A stretch of DNA of 64,000 nt from Candidatus Zhuqueibacterota bacterium (GCA_049322915.1 JBMOPW010000016.1:167971-231970), one strand, 5' to 3'; shown: positions 9,901 through 21,438, numbered from the stretch's first letter. Notes: a model not told the origin generated them from the sequence alone. Made by a program: numbers and translations.

Positions 9901-10248
9901 TCAACCCTTTTTGAATCCAAGGAAGAGGCCGGCCAGGAATCCGCCGCCGGTGGGCAGGTTGGCCACTAAAATCGATTTGAACGAGTTCATCCGGGCCTGG
10001 TCATTTATCATAGCCTGAAAATAGAATTGAATTTTGGTCCAGTTAATCACGATGAAATCATAATGGCTTAACACCTGGAAAAGCACAAAGAGCAAGCCGG
10101 CGACAATGAGGATAATTTTGAAAACTTTCTTCAAAGCATATCCGGCGCTGTACCCGGCAATGCCGCCGAATGTGACGGATCCCAGTTCTCCTAATAGCGG
10201 CAGAGAGGTCGTGAGCAGCACGACCAAAATGTTCTGAACAGGTAACAT
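9901..10248 (-). CDS. FUN14-family membrane protein
   Basis: FGGIAGYSAGYALKKVFKI...FIVINW...GGGFLAGLFLGFKKG pattern typical of FUN14. Confidence 0.75.
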   Translation of the reverse strand: MLPVQNILVVLLTTSLPLLGELGSVTFGGIAGYSAGYALKKVFKIILIVAGLLFVLFQVLSHYDFIVINWTKIQFYFQAMINDQARMNSFKSILVANLPTGGGFLAGLFLGFKKG

Positions 10249-10412
10249 TTGACCACCGAAATATTTTAATGTAATATAAATGACTCATTATTCATATCGG
10301 CAGTCTGATTTAAAAAATTTAACAGAAATAGAAATAATTGTCATTTCTGTGACATGAGTGAAATATTCACAGCGGCATTCGAAAGGGGAATAACGGAGGT
10401 TACCGGAGAACG

Positions 10413-10595
10413 TTATTTCTCGGAGATGGCTTTGGGTTTCATCTCACCCGGGAGCCGGGCATCATCCTGAATTGATGTGCGTGCCAGGGCGTTTTTGGGA
10501 TGTTCCAGTATTCTCGTCTCAAAAATCTCGTGGGTGATGAACCGGTTTAAGGCGATGTTCAGGCTATTCCCTCGGGTGATGTGCTTCTTTTTCAT
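10413..10595 (-). CDS. Small hypothetical protein (60 aa), possibly sigma54-controlled
   Basis: ATG about 55 nt downstream of a good sigma54 site; weak GGA RBS; no recognisable domain. Confidence 0.35.
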   Translation of the reverse strand: MKKKHITRGNSLNIALNRFITHEIFETRILEHPKNALARTSIQDDARLPGEMKPKAISEK

Positions 10596-10648
10596 TGTGT
10601 TTTATCCACTATTCATTCGGAGTTGCAAATTTGTGAACACGCCTCCAT

Positions 10649-10664
10649 TGCAACATGCATGCCA
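10649..10664 (-). promoter_or_regulatory. Sigma54 (-24/-12) promoter
   Basis: Minus strand TGGCATG-CATG-TTGCA, near-consensus. Confidence 0.65.
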
Positions 10665-10962
10665 CGCGACGATGGAATCTTTAATTAAAATAAAAACAAA
10701 AGGTGAGAAATGGGGGGATGAATGCAGCAGCGCCGTGAGAGTGAATCATACTCAACCAGGGATGTCTCAATATCTACCAGTTCGGTGCTTTGGAAATTCA
10801 TCGCCCGGCAGGTGCACTCGCTGCGTGCATAGAGAGTTTTTCACAGGATTCCACTCCAACGCTGGTCCATGGCGCATTCACATTTTTGTCATTCATCTTG
10901 TAACCTGAAAGTTCTTTTTAAGTTAAATTAAAATTTGTTACCCATCTTTTACAAATTTATGC

Positions 10963-10991
10963 TTGACATTTTGTCATCGCAATGCTATATT
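10963..10991 (+). promoter_or_regulatory. Sigma70-type promoter of uvrB
   Basis: TTGACA, 17-bp spacer, extended -10 TG-C-TATATT, 35 nt before the uvrB ATG. Confidence 0.7.
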
Positions 10992-11025
10992 TACACGGCA
11001 TATTTTTTTGAAATTAAGGAAATCA

Positions 11026-13023
11026 ATGGCAGCGTTTCAACTCACTTCAGATTATTCTCCCACAGGCGATCAGCCCAGGGCAATTCAGGAACTGACAGAA
11101 GGTCTCCTGCGGGGAGACAGGTTTCAGACGTTACTGGGGGTGACCGGCAGCGGGAAAACCTATACGATGGCTAATGTCATCGCCCAACTGGGAAAACCGA
11201 CCCTGGTTCTTTCCCACAACAAGACATTGGCGGCGCAATTGTACGGGGAGTTCAAAGGCTTTTTTCCCAATAATGCGGTTGAGTATTTTATCAGCTATTA
11301 CGATTATTACCAACCGGAGGCGTACGTTCCATCGACCGATACGTATATTGCCAAAGACACGTCAGTGAACGATGAGATCGACCGGCTGCGGTTGAAAGCC
11401 ACTAGTTCACTGTTAGAGCGCAATGATGTGGTGATTGTCGCTTCGGTTTCGTGCATTTATGGATTGGGTTCGCCGGAAGATTATAAGCAATTGCTGCTGA
11501 TCCTGAAGAAAGGCGAACGCATCGAGCGCTACCAGATTTTGGAGAAGCTGGTCGACATCCATTACAATCGAAATGATTTTGAATTTGCCCGCGGCACATT
11601 CCGCGTCCGTGGCGACGTGATCGAAGTTATTCCCGCGTACGAAGAAGAGGGGGTGCGGATCGAATTGTTCGGCAATCTCATCGAGAATATTTCCATCATC
11701 GATACATTGACCGGCAAGGTGCTCCAATCGCGGGATTCCATTGCCATTTATCCTGCCAAACATTACGTGACCACCCGACCGAAAATGGACCAGGCAATTC
11801 GCACCATTCGGCAGGAGTTGGAAGAGCGGTTGAAACTGCTGCGCGGCCAGAACAGACTGCTTGAAGCCCAGCGGCTTGAGATGCGCACGAATTATGATCT
11901 GGAAATGATGGAAGAAATCGGATTTTGCTCCGGTATTGAAAATTATTCGCGGCATATCACCGGCAAAAAGCAGGGCGAACCGCCATTCACCCTGCTCGAC
12001 TTTTTTCCCAAAGACTTTTTGATGATCATTGATGAGTCGCATGTCACCGTGTCCCAGGTTCGGGCGATGTATCACGGTGATCGCTCCCGGAAAGAGACGC
12101 TGGTGGAGCATGGTTTCCGGCTGCCCTCTGCGCTGGATAACCGGCCGTTGAACTTCGAAGAATTTGAGTCCAAGCTGCGCCAGGCTGTCTTTGTTTCGGC
12201 GACTCCGGCTGAGTACGAACTCGAAAAAAGCGAGGGGGTCGTTGTCGAACAGATCATTCGTCCCACCGGATTGATTGATCCTGAGATTGAAGTGCGGCCG
12301 ATAAAAGGCCAGATCGATGATCTCATCGGCGAGATCAATCTGCGGGCGGCGCGCGGCGAGCGTGTGCTCGTGACGACGCTGACCAAGCGCATGGCCGAGG
12401 ATCTGACCGATTATCTGGCGGAGATGAATATCAAGGTGCGGTATTTGCACTCGGAAATTGACGCCCTGGATCGCGTAGAAATTCTCCGCGATTTGCGACT
12501 GGCCGAATTCGATGCGCTGGTGGGCATCAACCTGCTTCGGGAGGGATTGGATCTGCCCGAGGTGTCGTTGGTGGCCGTGCTGGATGCGGACAAGGAGGGA
12601 TTCCTTCGCTCGGAAACTTCACTCATGCAGGTCTCCGGTCGTGCGGCCCGGAATGTGGGCGGCAAAGTGATTTTTTACGCCGACAAAATCACGCAGTCCA
12701 TGCAAAAGACCATGGATGAAACAGATCGTCGCCGGCTCATTCAGCAGAAATACAACGAAGATCATGGCATTCAGCCGAAGACGATTTACAAATCAGTGGA
12801 AGATGTGCTGCGATCCACCCGGGTCGCTGATGAAAAAGCGGATAAGTGGGGGGGCAAACGGAAAAAACAGCGCGAGCGGATTGAATCGAAATTATCGCAG
12901 TTGGAGCGATTTGAATTGATTGAGAAGTTGAGCAGCGAAATGTTGGAAGCATCAAAGCGGCTGGATTTTGAACGCGCCGCCGAGCTCCGCGATGAGATTG
13001 ATTGGCTGAAGGGCGAGCACTAA
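11026..13023 (+). CDS. uvrB: Excinuclease ABC subunit B
   Basis: [46 protein letters not shown], and C-terminal UVR motif [19 protein letters not shown] before ATG 11026. Confidence 0.98.
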   Translation: MAAFQLTSDYSPTGDQPRAIQELTEGLLRGDRFQTLLGVTGSGKTYTMANVIAQLGKPTLVLSHNKTLAAQLYGEFKGFFPNNAVEYFISYYDYYQPEAYVPSTDTYIAKDTSVNDEIDRLRLKATSSLLERNDVVIVASVSCIYGLGSPEDYKQLLLILKKGERIERYQILEKLVDIHYNRNDFEFARGTFRVRGDVIEVIPAYEEEGVRIELFGNLIENISIIDTLTGKVLQSRDSIAIYPAKHYVTTRPKMDQAIRTIRQELEERLKLLRGQNRLLEAQRLEMRTNYDLEMMEEIGFCSGIENYSRHITGKKQGEPPFTLLDFFPKDFLMIIDESHVTVSQVRAMYHGDRSRKETLVEHGFRLPSALDNRPLNFEEFESKLRQAVFVSATPAEYELEKSEGVVVEQIIRPTGLIDPEIEVRPIKGQIDDLIGEINLRAARGERVLVTTLTKRMAEDLTDYLAEMNIKVRYLHSEIDALDRVEILRDLRLAEFDALVGINLLREGLDLPEVSLVAVLDADKEGFLRSETSLMQVSGRAARNVGGKVIFYADKITQSMQKTMDETDRRRLIQQKYNEDHGIQPKTIYKSVEDVLRSTRVADEKADKWGGKRKKQRERIESKLSQLERFELIEKLSSEMLEASKRLDFERAAELRDEIDWLKGEH

Positions 13024-13196
13024 TCCACCTTGGGGACTGCGGCACATGAATTGCCCTCCGAAATCGTGACATGCCGCAAGGCATGAACATGTGTGGATGA
13101 CCAAAATGATGACTTATAATAAGTAGCGACGGGAATTATAACAGGCGACATGCGCCATAAGAGATGTATCACGAATGGATAGACAGGAACGTAGCG

Positions 13197-14459
13197 ATGA
13201 AAGTACTTGTAGTCGGTGGCGGAGGGCGAGAGCATGCGCTCGTCTGGAAAATCGCCCAGAGTCCGGAAGTCGATAAAATTTACTGCGCGCCGGGCAATGG
13301 CGGTATCAGAGAATTGGCGGAGTGCGTCCCCATCTCCGATTCCGATATTGACGGGCTTTTGAAATTTGCCGATGAGAAACACATTGATCTGACAATCGTT
13401 GGCCCGGAAATTCCGCTGACATTGGGCATTGTCGATGTTTTTCAGACGCAGGGTCTCCGCATATTCGGCCCCAGCCAGAAAGCGGCCGAGCTTGAGGGAA
13501 GCAAGGTTTTCTCGAAATATGTGATGGAGAAATACCACATCCCGACGGCTGCGTACAGGACATTTGATAATTTCGAACTGGCGAAGCGATACGTGGAGAA
13601 CGGGCCAATCCCCATCGTGATAAAAGCCAGTGGTCTGGCTGCCGGCAAGGGTGCGTTAGTGTGTTTCACGCTGGAGGAAGCGCTGGATGGACTCAAAAAA
13701 ATAATGGTCAAAAAAGAGTTCGGCAGCGCCGGCGATAAAGTCGTCATCGAAGAATTTCTGCGGGGCGAAGAGGCGTCTATATTGGCGATCACCGATGGTG
13801 AAAAAATCCTTCCGCTCGTTCCGGCCCAGGATCATAAAGCCATTCTGGATGGCGATAAAGGCCCCAATACCGGAGGCATGGGCGCGTACGCCCCGGCGGT
13901 TCTGGTCGATGAAGAAATGTTGCAGACGATACAGAAACAAATTTTGGAGCCGGTGATTCAGGGAATGGCGCTGGAGGGTCGGCCTTACAAAGGCGTCATC
14001 TACGCCGGCCTGATGATTACGGCCAGAGGCCCCAAAGTGATTGAGTTCAATTGTCGCTTCGGCGATCCGGAGACACAGGTCATTTTGCCCCTGCTCAAAA
14101 ACGACCTCATTGAAATTATCTCGGCGAGCATTGATGGCCGATTGGGACAGATCAAAATTCGCCAGCACAACAAAGTCGCCGTGTGCGTGGTCATGGCTTC
14201 AGGCGGCTATCCGGGGCATTACGAAAAAGGAAAAAATATCCTGGGCCTGAATCGACCCTGGGACGACGGCCTGTTCATTTTTCATGCAGGAACAAAATTA
14301 GTTGAAGATAAGTATTTGACCCACGGCGGACGTGTGTTGGGAATAACGGCTGTTGGCAGCGACATTCACGAGGCCATTAAAAAAGCGTATGCAGCCGTAG
14401 GGAAAATAACGTTCGATGGCGCGTATTACAGACGCGATATTGGATACAAAGCACTATAA
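13197..14459 (+). CDS. purD: Phosphoribosylamine-glycine ligase
   Basis: MKVLVVGGGGREHAL, APGNGG, GLAAGKG, QDHK, GPNTGGMGAY, EFNCRFGDPETQ. Confidence 0.98.
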   Translation: MKVLVVGGGGREHALVWKIAQSPEVDKIYCAPGNGGIRELAECVPISDSDIDGLLKFADEKHIDLTIVGPEIPLTLGIVDVFQTQGLRIFGPSQKAAELEGSKVFSKYVMEKYHIPTAAYRTFDNFELAKRYVENGPIPIVIKASGLAAGKGALVCFTLEEALDGLKKIMVKKEFGSAGDKVVIEEFLRGEEASILAITDGEKILPLVPAQDHKAILDGDKGPNTGGMGAYAPAVLVDEEMLQTIQKQILEPVIQGMALEGRPYKGVIYAGLMITARGPKVIEFNCRFGDPETQVILPLLKNDLIEIISASIDGRLGQIKIRQHNKVAVCVVMASGGYPGHYEKGKNILGLNRPWDDGLFIFHAGTKLVEDKYLTHGGRVLGITAVGSDIHEAIKKAYAAVGKITFDGAYYRRDIGYKAL

Positions 14460-14495
14460 TTCATTTATAAATTGACAACATAGGGAGACAGTAAA

Positions 14496-15422
14496 ATGAA
14501 AATTCTGGTGACTGGTGGCGCCGGTTTTATCGGCTCACATGTGGTGGATGCGTTCATTAAACAGGGTCATGAAGTCGTTGTTATCGACAATCTTTCGACC
14601 GGGCGCAAAGATAATATCAATCCCCGGGCAAAATTCATAAAAATGAATATTGAAGATCCGAAAGTATTGCAGGTATTCGAAGACGAGAAATTTGATGTGG
14701 TGGATCATCACGCAGCGCAGATGGATATCCGATTATCCGTGGCAGATCCTATTTTTGATGCGACCAATAACATCCTCGGCACGATCAATCTGCTGCAGGC
14801 GTCGGTGAAAACTCATGTGAAAAAATTCATCTTCATTTCCAGCGGCGGCGCAATTTACGGAGAACAGGACTATTTTCCGGCCGATGAGAAACACCCGACG
14901 CGTCCGCTATCGCCCTACGGAATCACCAAATTGACAGGGGAGAAGTATCTCTATTTTTATTCCAACACTTATGACCTGAAATTCATCAGCCTGCGCTACG
15001 CCAATATTTATGGGCCGCGGCAAAATCCAAAGGGCGAAGCCGGCGTTGTGGCGATTTTCTCAAGCAAATTATTGGCCGGAGAAGAGCCAGTGATCAATGG
15101 CGATGGAAAGCAGACGCGGGACTATGTGTTCGTGGCCGACGTTGTGAATGCAAACGTAAAAGCGCTCAATCATCATCATAATGACTACATCAACATCGGC
15201 ACCGGGACAGAGACGGATGTCAATGCGCTCTTCCATAAAATAAATGCATTGTGCGGAGGCGCTGGGAAGGAAGTCCACGGTCCTGCAAAACCCGGTGAAC
15301 AGTTGCGCAGCGTCCTGAACAATAATAAAGCCAAAGAGCTGTTCGATTGGAAACCGCAGGTTTCCATTGACCAGGGATTGGCCGAGACAGTCGAATTTTT
15401 TAAACAACACTATCACAAATGA
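14496..15422 (+). CDS. NAD-dependent epimerase/dehydratase (UDP-glucose 4-epimerase-like)
   Basis: [24 protein letters not shown] (YxxxK), [17 protein letters not shown]. Confidence 0.92.
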   Translation: MKILVTGGAGFIGSHVVDAFIKQGHEVVVIDNLSTGRKDNINPRAKFIKMNIEDPKVLQVFEDEKFDVVDHHAAQMDIRLSVADPIFDATNNILGTINLLQASVKTHVKKFIFISSGGAIYGEQDYFPADEKHPTRPLSPYGITKLTGEKYLYFYSNTYDLKFISLRYANIYGPRQNPKGEAGVVAIFSSKLLAGEEPVINGDGKQTRDYVFVADVVNANVKALNHHHNDYINIGTGTETDVNALFHKINALCGGAGKEVHGPAKPGEQLRSVLNNNKAKELFDWKPQVSIDQGLAETVEFFKQHYHK

Positions 15423-16621
15423 ACTATCAGGTGAATGATATTCAGAGAGACTCGGACGAGCGATTCGAGTTGTTTCAGAAGGAGTCCGGCCTGTTGGGGA
15501 ATTCAATTCCCATGCGTCAGATTTATGAAACGATTGAGCAGGTTGCTCCGAGCGATATCTCTGTGCTGGTAATTGGCGAGAGTGGCACCGGCAAGGAATT
15601 GGTTGCGCGGGCCATTCACCAGCGGAGCGATCGGGCCGCGAAGCCATTGATCATTGTCAATTGCGGCGCGATTCCTGAAGGCATCATAGAATCGGAATTG
15701 TTCGGTCACGAGAAAGGCGCTTTCACCGGCGCGGTGGGTGTGCGCAAAGGCTTTTTCGAAATGGCCGACGGCGGCACCATGTTTCTGGACGAGATCGGCG
15801 AGATGCCGCTGAATGCTCAGGTCAAAATTTTGCGCGTGCTGGAAGGAAATGAGTTCACCCGGGTGGGCAGCGCCGAACCCAAACGGGTGGATGTGCGAAT
15901 TTTGGCAGCTACCAATCGGGAGTTGGATCGCGAAGTGCAAAATGGCGCCTTCCGGCAGGATCTGTATTTCCGGCTGCATTCGGTGACCATTCATATTCCG
16001 CCGTTGCGCCGTCGCAAAGACGATATCCCGGTGTTGGCCGGGAAATTTGCCAGCGATTTTTGCATCCAGAATCAAATCAAATTTCAGGGATTTGATGAAT
16101 CCGCCCTGGACGTGATGAAAGAATATCACTGGCCGGGCAATGTCAGGGAACTCAAAAATCTCGTGGAAAGTATGATTATCCTCGAAAAAGGTATGAGGAT
16201 CGATCAGCAGGTGCTGCTGCGTCATCTCGATACGAGAATGGCATCATCGCCGAATTTGCCCATCCCGGTCAATCGGCCGCCGGAACAGGTGGAGCGGGAA
16301 TTCATTTATCGCGCGCTGCTGGATATGAAGACTGAAATCTCGCAACTGAGAGAGCTCATTCTCACCCGCATGTTCCCGCCCCGTCGCTTGAAAAGTTGGG
16401 AAGAGGAAGCCATAATCATTCCTCACGAAAATGGCGAAATCGTCTACGACGAACCGATCGCCGAGTCCCGGTCTCTTTCGACGATGGAAGAAATGGAGCG
16501 CCGGTTAATTGAAGATACGTTGCGCCGCTATCATGGCAATAAACGCAAAGCCGCTAAAAGTTTGAAGATCAGCGAGCGCACCCTGTATAGAAAAATTAAA
16601 GAATACAATTTAAAATTTTAG
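15419..16621 (+). CDS. Sigma54-dependent enhancer-binding activator without an N-terminal sensory domain
   Basis: [41 protein letters not shown], Fis-type HTH ([15 protein letters not shown]). Confidence 0.95.
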   Translation: MNYQVNDIQRDSDERFELFQKESGLLGNSIPMRQIYETIEQVAPSDISVLVIGESGTGKELVARAIHQRSDRAAKPLIIVNCGAIPEGIIESELFGHEKGAFTGAVGVRKGFFEMADGGTMFLDEIGEMPLNAQVKILRVLEGNEFTRVGSAEPKRVDVRILAATNRELDREVQNGAFRQDLYFRLHSVTIHIPPLRRRKDDIPVLAGKFASDFCIQNQIKFQGFDESALDVMKEYHWPGNVRELKNLVESMIILEKGMRIDQQVLLRHLDTRMASSPNLPIPVNRPPEQVEREFIYRALLDMKTEISQLRELILTRMFPPRRLKSWEEEAIIIPHENGEIVYDEPIAESRSLSTMEEMERRLIEDTLRRYHGNKRKAAKSLKISERTLYRKIKEYNLKF

Positions 16622-16622
16622 T

Positions 16623-17132
16623 ATGAAACGATTGAAGATAATTGTGCTTCTCTGGGCTGTGCCTCTTTTCCTGCAACATTGCGGATACTATTCGTTTTCC
16701 GGCTCGGCGATTCCTGCTCATCTCAAGACTATTGCCATTCCTATCATGGAAAATAAGACGGTGGAATTCGGCGTTCCGGAAGATCTGACGGATGGGCTCA
16801 TCGCCCAGTTCACGCAGGATAATTCCCTGAAAGTCGTCGACCGTCGCTCTGCTGATTCCATCATCGAAGGGACGATTGTCAATATTCGCGATCAGGCCGG
16901 CGCATACAATCAACAGGAGACGGTGAAGGAGATACGCGTCTACGTGGTTGTTCAGGCCAAATTTGAAGATTTGAAAAACAGCAAAGTGATCTGGGAAGAA
17001 CAGATAACGCAATGGGGCACCTACAATCCGGACGCCACCGGCGGGGAAGCATCCACGCGACAGGAAGCCATTGCCGAAGCGCTGGAAAAGATTGTGGATG
17101 ACATCTTTAATAAGACTGTCTCCGGTTGGTGA
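16623..17132 (+). CDS. lptE: LPS assembly lipoprotein LptE family
   Basis: Lipobox LQHC-GYYSFSGSAIP, KTIAIP..EN, C-terminal IFNKTVSGW. Follows the sigma54 activator, as in FCB genomes. Confidence 0.8.
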   Translation: MKRLKIIVLLWAVPLFLQHCGYYSFSGSAIPAHLKTIAIPIMENKTVEFGVPEDLTDGLIAQFTQDNSLKVVDRRSADSIIEGTIVNIRDQAGAYNQQETVKEIRVYVVVQAKFEDLKNSKVIWEEQITQWGTYNPDATGGEASTRQEAIAEALEKIVDDIFNKTVSGW

Positions 17133-17415
17133 GATGCCGATAACTTTTTTTCATTTTAGTAAATATTGGTTGATATGAATCGGAAATACTGTTATAATAT
17201 CGTATAGAATTTTGCTGTTCTAATAGCGAGAAATTTATTAATGATTTTTTTAGGAAAAGTGGATGTGGGGATTGGCGGGTGGAATATTATCATCGTCAAG
17301 TTACTTTTCAAAGCGGGTCTTTTTTTTAAATGATACTTTCTGTCTTTTGAAATCGAAAAAATTTCAAACTGTGCAGTTGCACCATGTGGCGAATTGCCGC
17401 TGACATGCGCCGTGA

Positions 17416-17452
17416 GGAAAGTCCGCATTCCATGATATGATTTAAAGTTTAC
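17416..17452 (+). repeat. 37-bp imperfect direct repeat, left copy (island boundary)
   Basis: GGAAAGTCCGCATTCCATGATATGATTTAAAGTTTAC versus 21647-21683: 3 mismatches, 23-bp exact core. Confidence 0.85.
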
Positions 17453-17568
17453 TTCGATAGAATTTTCATAGAAGATTGAACGTGCGGAAACCATAACGAT
17501 GGAATTTCTTTTTCATGAAGTTTTTTCCTGGTAATAAATTAAAAATTCATTCACGACCAGGAGGAGCA

Positions 17569-18813
17569 ATGAGACGATTTAAATTCATCATTTTGCTGCT
17601 GGGATTATCTGTTCTATTTTTCTGTGAAAACAAAAATCCCACGCCGCCGCCTGAAAACAACAGCCATCCCCAGGTGGATATTCCCTGGCCTTCGTTAGCG
17701 GATAGTCCTTGGCCCATGGCTCATGGAAATGTGCAGTGTACCGGACGAAGTCGATTTCAAGGACCACGCCAGGGAAAAGTAAGTTGGACTTTTGCTGAAG
17801 AAGGAATGCAGGAAGTCAACAATTCACCAGTAATTGGCAATGATGGTACTATCTATTTCACCGATTGGCATCATCTCTATGCCATTAACCCGGATGGTAC
17901 CATGAAGTGGAAATTTACGCCGGGGCGAAATATTGAGACCAGTCCGATGGTAGGGCAGGGAAATATCATTTATTTAGGCACTGGCAACCTCGTTTCTGAG
18001 CCATATTATAATACCGGTTGTTATTATGCCCTTAATGCTGATGGTAGCATCATCTGGGAATTTCACACTTCCGCATTTATTACCAATTATAGTGATGCAA
18101 TTGGTTTGGATGGCACTATTTATTTTGTAGACACCCAGGGAACATTATATGCGTTGAATCCCGGTGGTACGTTGAAGTGGTCAACTCGTGGTAAGGAGGG
18201 ATTAAAAGGCGGAGAATATATGTCTATCGCTATGTCTCCCGACGGTTCTATTTTATATGTCTTTGGTGAAGACAGCACACTGAATGCAATTGATGCCCAG
18301 AACTCCCAATTAATCTGGCAATATCCCATCGGCTATGATATTTATTCTTCACCTTTAGTAGATTGTGAGGGCAATATTTATTTCTTCGCCCGCGAAATGA
18401 ACCAAAACGTAATTTGCTCTGCTAAGCCCGATGGTCAACTGCGCTGGAAATTTAAAGGAAAAGAAGCAGTTTCATTAATTGCAGTAAGCCATTTGCATAT
18501 AGATAAAGATGGTAACATATATTTTATCAATAGTTATCAAATATGCTCTCTGGATTATGATGGGAATCTACGCTGGGCAAAAACAAGCCCTTATGATTTC
18601 CTCATAGGTCCCACGACGCCTATTTTAGGTGATTGTGGAGGAGTAGTCTATATAACTTTTGGCGAAATGATCATTTTAGGCCTTGATCAACAAGGGAATA
18701 AACTATTTGAATGTCAAATTCCTACGCCGGCGATGGGTTTATATAATGGCGCCATCTCTGATGATGGATATTTGTATATTTGTTCCGAAGCCAAATTAAC
18801 TTGTATTAGATAG
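17569..18813 (+). CDS. PQQ-like/BamB-like beta-propeller lipoprotein, paralog 1
   Basis: AGGAGG RBS, LFFC lipobox-like, repeated DGTIYF...LYAINPDGTMKW blades. Confidence 0.9.
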   Translation: MRRFKFIILLLGLSVLFFCENKNPTPPPENNSHPQVDIPWPSLADSPWPMAHGNVQCTGRSRFQGPRQGKVSWTFAEEGMQEVNNSPVIGNDGTIYFTDWHHLYAINPDGTMKWKFTPGRNIETSPMVGQGNIIYLGTGNLVSEPYYNTGCYYALNADGSIIWEFHTSAFITNYSDAIGLDGTIYFVDTQGTLYALNPGGTLKWSTRGKEGLKGGEYMSIAMSPDGSILYVFGEDSTLNAIDAQNSQLIWQYPIGYDIYSSPLVDCEGNIYFFAREMNQNVICSAKPDGQLRWKFKGKEAVSLIAVSHLHIDKDGNIYFINSYQICSLDYDGNLRWAKTSPYDFLIGPTTPILGDCGGVVYITFGEMIILGLDQQGNKLFECQIPTPAMGLYNGAISDDGYLYICSEAKLTCIR

Positions 18814-18823
18814 AAGGTGTTCT

Positions 18824-20038
18824 ATGTTCCGACCGTTTTATCTATTGACGAGAATTTTATTATGTAATATCATCATAATAATAATTTTAATCCTGTTTAA
18901 TTTCACAATGGTATTTGCTCAACGATTGGTCCAAGGAGAAATAATCCTTAGTGCCGTCGGAATCAATGAAAATGAGAATTGGTATGCCGACTTTACAGCT
19001 CTGAGTAGTGAATTAAGGTGGTGGAATGACTATAAAATTACCACTTCGTATGGATCGGGTTATGCTGGTAGCGTTACAGGCCCTTATGAATTATCCCCAG
19101 CTATTGATGCTCCTAATAGTTATGATTTCAGCGGTCCTGTCGTTGCATATGGCATATATGACTTCACCTTTCACTTCCCTTTTGGTGATAAGGATTTCAC
19201 ATTAGACTTGCGGGATGCCAACTGGTGCTATCAAGGAATGGCTGATATTTACATCAGATGGAATAATTCTCTCTCTGTTCAAAATTTCGAGTACAAGAAT
19301 TCACTAACAGAGCCAGACTGGGAAACGTTAGGGAGTTCTGGAAGCTCACATTCTATCTGGGATCTCTTCAGCCAAACTCCCCCTAACCAGGCTGCCTTTC
19401 AACCGACCAAACCTGAGAACTTCATATGTTATAATGCCGGTCAAATCGGGCAACATCCATATTTTGTTTGGTCACAATCTGATGGATGCGGCTCAACAAC
19501 CATTTATTACAAAATGTTCCGCAGTGAGAATAGTGGCGCCTATGCCTGTATACAAGAAGGTATTACAGGAAACAGCTGGACTGACTATGAAGTTTGTATC
19601 GGTACAAAGAAACAAGGTTCATTTTTTAGCTATTATCTAAAAGGCTATACCGGACAATCCCCGGAATCTGCGTCCTCCGACATCGCATCTATTTGGGCGA
19701 ATCAAATATCGAAACCTGTCGGTGAAGAACCTTATTTATTATCAACCAATGCTTATCATCAAACCAGTTCAGAAGTAAATTTTTTCAATCTCGCTTTGTC
19801 GCCCAATCCATTTAATTCAACTACGAATATCCATTATGCCATTCCTGATGATGGGCATGTTCGGCTTGTCGTTTATAATATTTATGGTCAGCGCGTTGTA
19901 TCGTGCGTCGATCGAAGTCAAAACGCAGGACCGTATCAGTATCATTTCGACGGTACAAACCTGGCTGGTGGTTTTTACCTGGTCTGGCTGCAATTTAATA
20001 ATCAACGCCTATGTCGGAAAATTTTATTGCTGAAATAA
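18824..20038 (+). CDS. Secreted protein with T9SS type-A C-terminal sorting domain
   Basis: Hydrophobic signal region, FN3-like segment, C-terminal SPNPFNSTTNIHYAIP...VYNIYGQRV...GGFYLV...KILLLK. Confidence 0.85.
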   Translation: MFRPFYLLTRILLCNIIIIIILILFNFTMVFAQRLVQGEIILSAVGINENENWYADFTALSSELRWWNDYKITTSYGSGYAGSVTGPYELSPAIDAPNSYDFSGPVVAYGIYDFTFHFPFGDKDFTLDLRDANWCYQGMADIYIRWNNSLSVQNFEYKNSLTEPDWETLGSSGSSHSIWDLFSQTPPNQAAFQPTKPENFICYNAGQIGQHPYFVWSQSDGCGSTTIYYKMFRSENSGAYACIQEGITGNSWTDYEVCIGTKKQGSFFSYYLKGYTGQSPESASSDIASIWANQISKPVGEEPYLLSTNAYHQTSSEVNFFNLALSPNPFNSTTNIHYAIPDDGHVRLVVYNIYGQRVVSCVDRSQNAGPYQYHFDGTNLAGGFYLVWLQFNNQRLCRKILLLK

Positions 20039-20177
20039 TCTCCAGAGATGATCGAGTTAAAAATTGGCGATAATTCAACACAACAAGGAGGTGATCACCA
20101 ATGTTGATGGAATTTCTTTTTCATGAAGTTTTTTCCTGGTAATTTATCATCAAATTTAATCATAACCAGGAGGCGCA

Positions 20178-21428
20178 ATGAGACGATTTAAATTCATCAT
20201 TTTGCTGCTGGGATTATCTGTTCTATTTTTCTGTGAAAACAAAAATCCCACGCCGCCGCCTCAAAACAACAGCTATCCCCAGGTGGATATTCCCTGGCCG
20301 AGTCTGGCAAATAGTCCCTGGCCGATTGCGCAAGGTGATGTACAGTGTACAGGACGTGTGAAAACTCCCGGACCTACATCAGGAACAGTCGAATGGGTAT
20401 TCACGACTGAAAATATGGGCAAAACTTATGGCTCACCTGTGATTGGCGAAGATGGCACGATCTATGTCAGCACGTCTCATCAGCTATATGCTGTAAATCA
20501 GGATGGAACGTTGAAATGGGAATTTACCAGAGGAGTAATGAACTTATCGAACGTTATGGTTGGCAATGAAGATATTATTTATTTTTCTTGTGGCAATCAA
20601 TACCTGGATCCAGATTTTACGGGCTGTTTATATGCACTTAATGCCAATGGCGAGTTATTATGGGAACTTAAAACACAAGGGATGATTTATAATTATTCTT
20701 CCACAATTGGAATAGACGGTACAATCTATTTCACAGACCTATATAAACCATATCAAGGTGTGGGTGGTTTCCTCTATGCAGTTGCTCCAGATGGCCATCT
20801 GCAATGGAAGGTATGGGGCACAGGTGGATTTCGCTGCAGCGATTTAAATTCTATTTCAATTTCTCCCGACGGATCGACACTCTATGTGGCAGGAATGGAC
20901 AGCACAATGAACGCGATTGATGCACAATCAGGAACGATTCTTTGGCAAAAGAAAACAGGATTCAATTTGAAAACCGCTGCTTTGGTTGATAACGATGGTA
21001 ATGTTTATTTTTTGGGACAAAATGGAGATCATAGCAATTACATTTTATCTGTAACCGAGGCAGGTGAAGTACGCTGGAAGTGTGAGATTGAAGAAGTTAA
21101 ATACATTGATGATAAGGCTGGTATGCACTTGGATAAAGATGGGAACATCTATTTTTGTAATGGATTTTATCTTTGTTCCATTGATTATTTCGAAAGTTTG
21201 CGTTGGAAAGTTCCCTTTCCCGAAGGGCTATGTCCTTCGACACCAATTATTGGGGATAGTGAAGGGAATGTTTTTTTGATGTTGAGTTCTGAATATGTTT
21301 TTTCTTATGATTCAGATGGTCATAAACGATTTGAAATCAATGTTGGAGGAGCCAGCGGAATCAATGGCGCTATTGTTGATGGCAGGTTATATATCAATCA
21401 TTACTTAAAAGTATCATGTATCAAATAG
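20178..21428 (+). CDS. PQQ-like/BamB-like beta-propeller lipoprotein, paralog 2
   Basis: First ~40 aa nearly identical to paralog 1; same blade repeats but a diverged body. Confidence 0.9.
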   Translation: MRRFKFIILLLGLSVLFFCENKNPTPPPQNNSYPQVDIPWPSLANSPWPIAQGDVQCTGRVKTPGPTSGTVEWVFTTENMGKTYGSPVIGEDGTIYVSTSHQLYAVNQDGTLKWEFTRGVMNLSNVMVGNEDIIYFSCGNQYLDPDFTGCLYALNANGELLWELKTQGMIYNYSSTIGIDGTIYFTDLYKPYQGVGGFLYAVAPDGHLQWKVWGTGGFRCSDLNSISISPDGSTLYVAGMDSTMNAIDAQSGTILWQKKTGFNLKTAALVDNDGNVYFLGQNGDHSNYILSVTEAGEVRWKCEIEEVKYIDDKAGMHLDKDGNIYFCNGFYLCSIDYFESLRWKVPFPEGLCPSTPIIGDSEGNVFLMLSSEYVFSYDSDGHKRFEINVGGASGINGAIVDGRLYINHYLKVSCIK

Positions 21429-21438
21429 GGGGTGATAA

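Noticed and set aside
10964..10976. TGACA-TTT-TGTCA palindrome over the uvrB -35 box as an SOS/LexA box
   Set aside because: Matches no LexA box I know and is not repeated upstream of the parB/SPL-like genes; explainable by the -35 sequence itself.
11413..12450. 345-aa minus-strand ORF
   Set aside because: Antisense shadow of uvrB.
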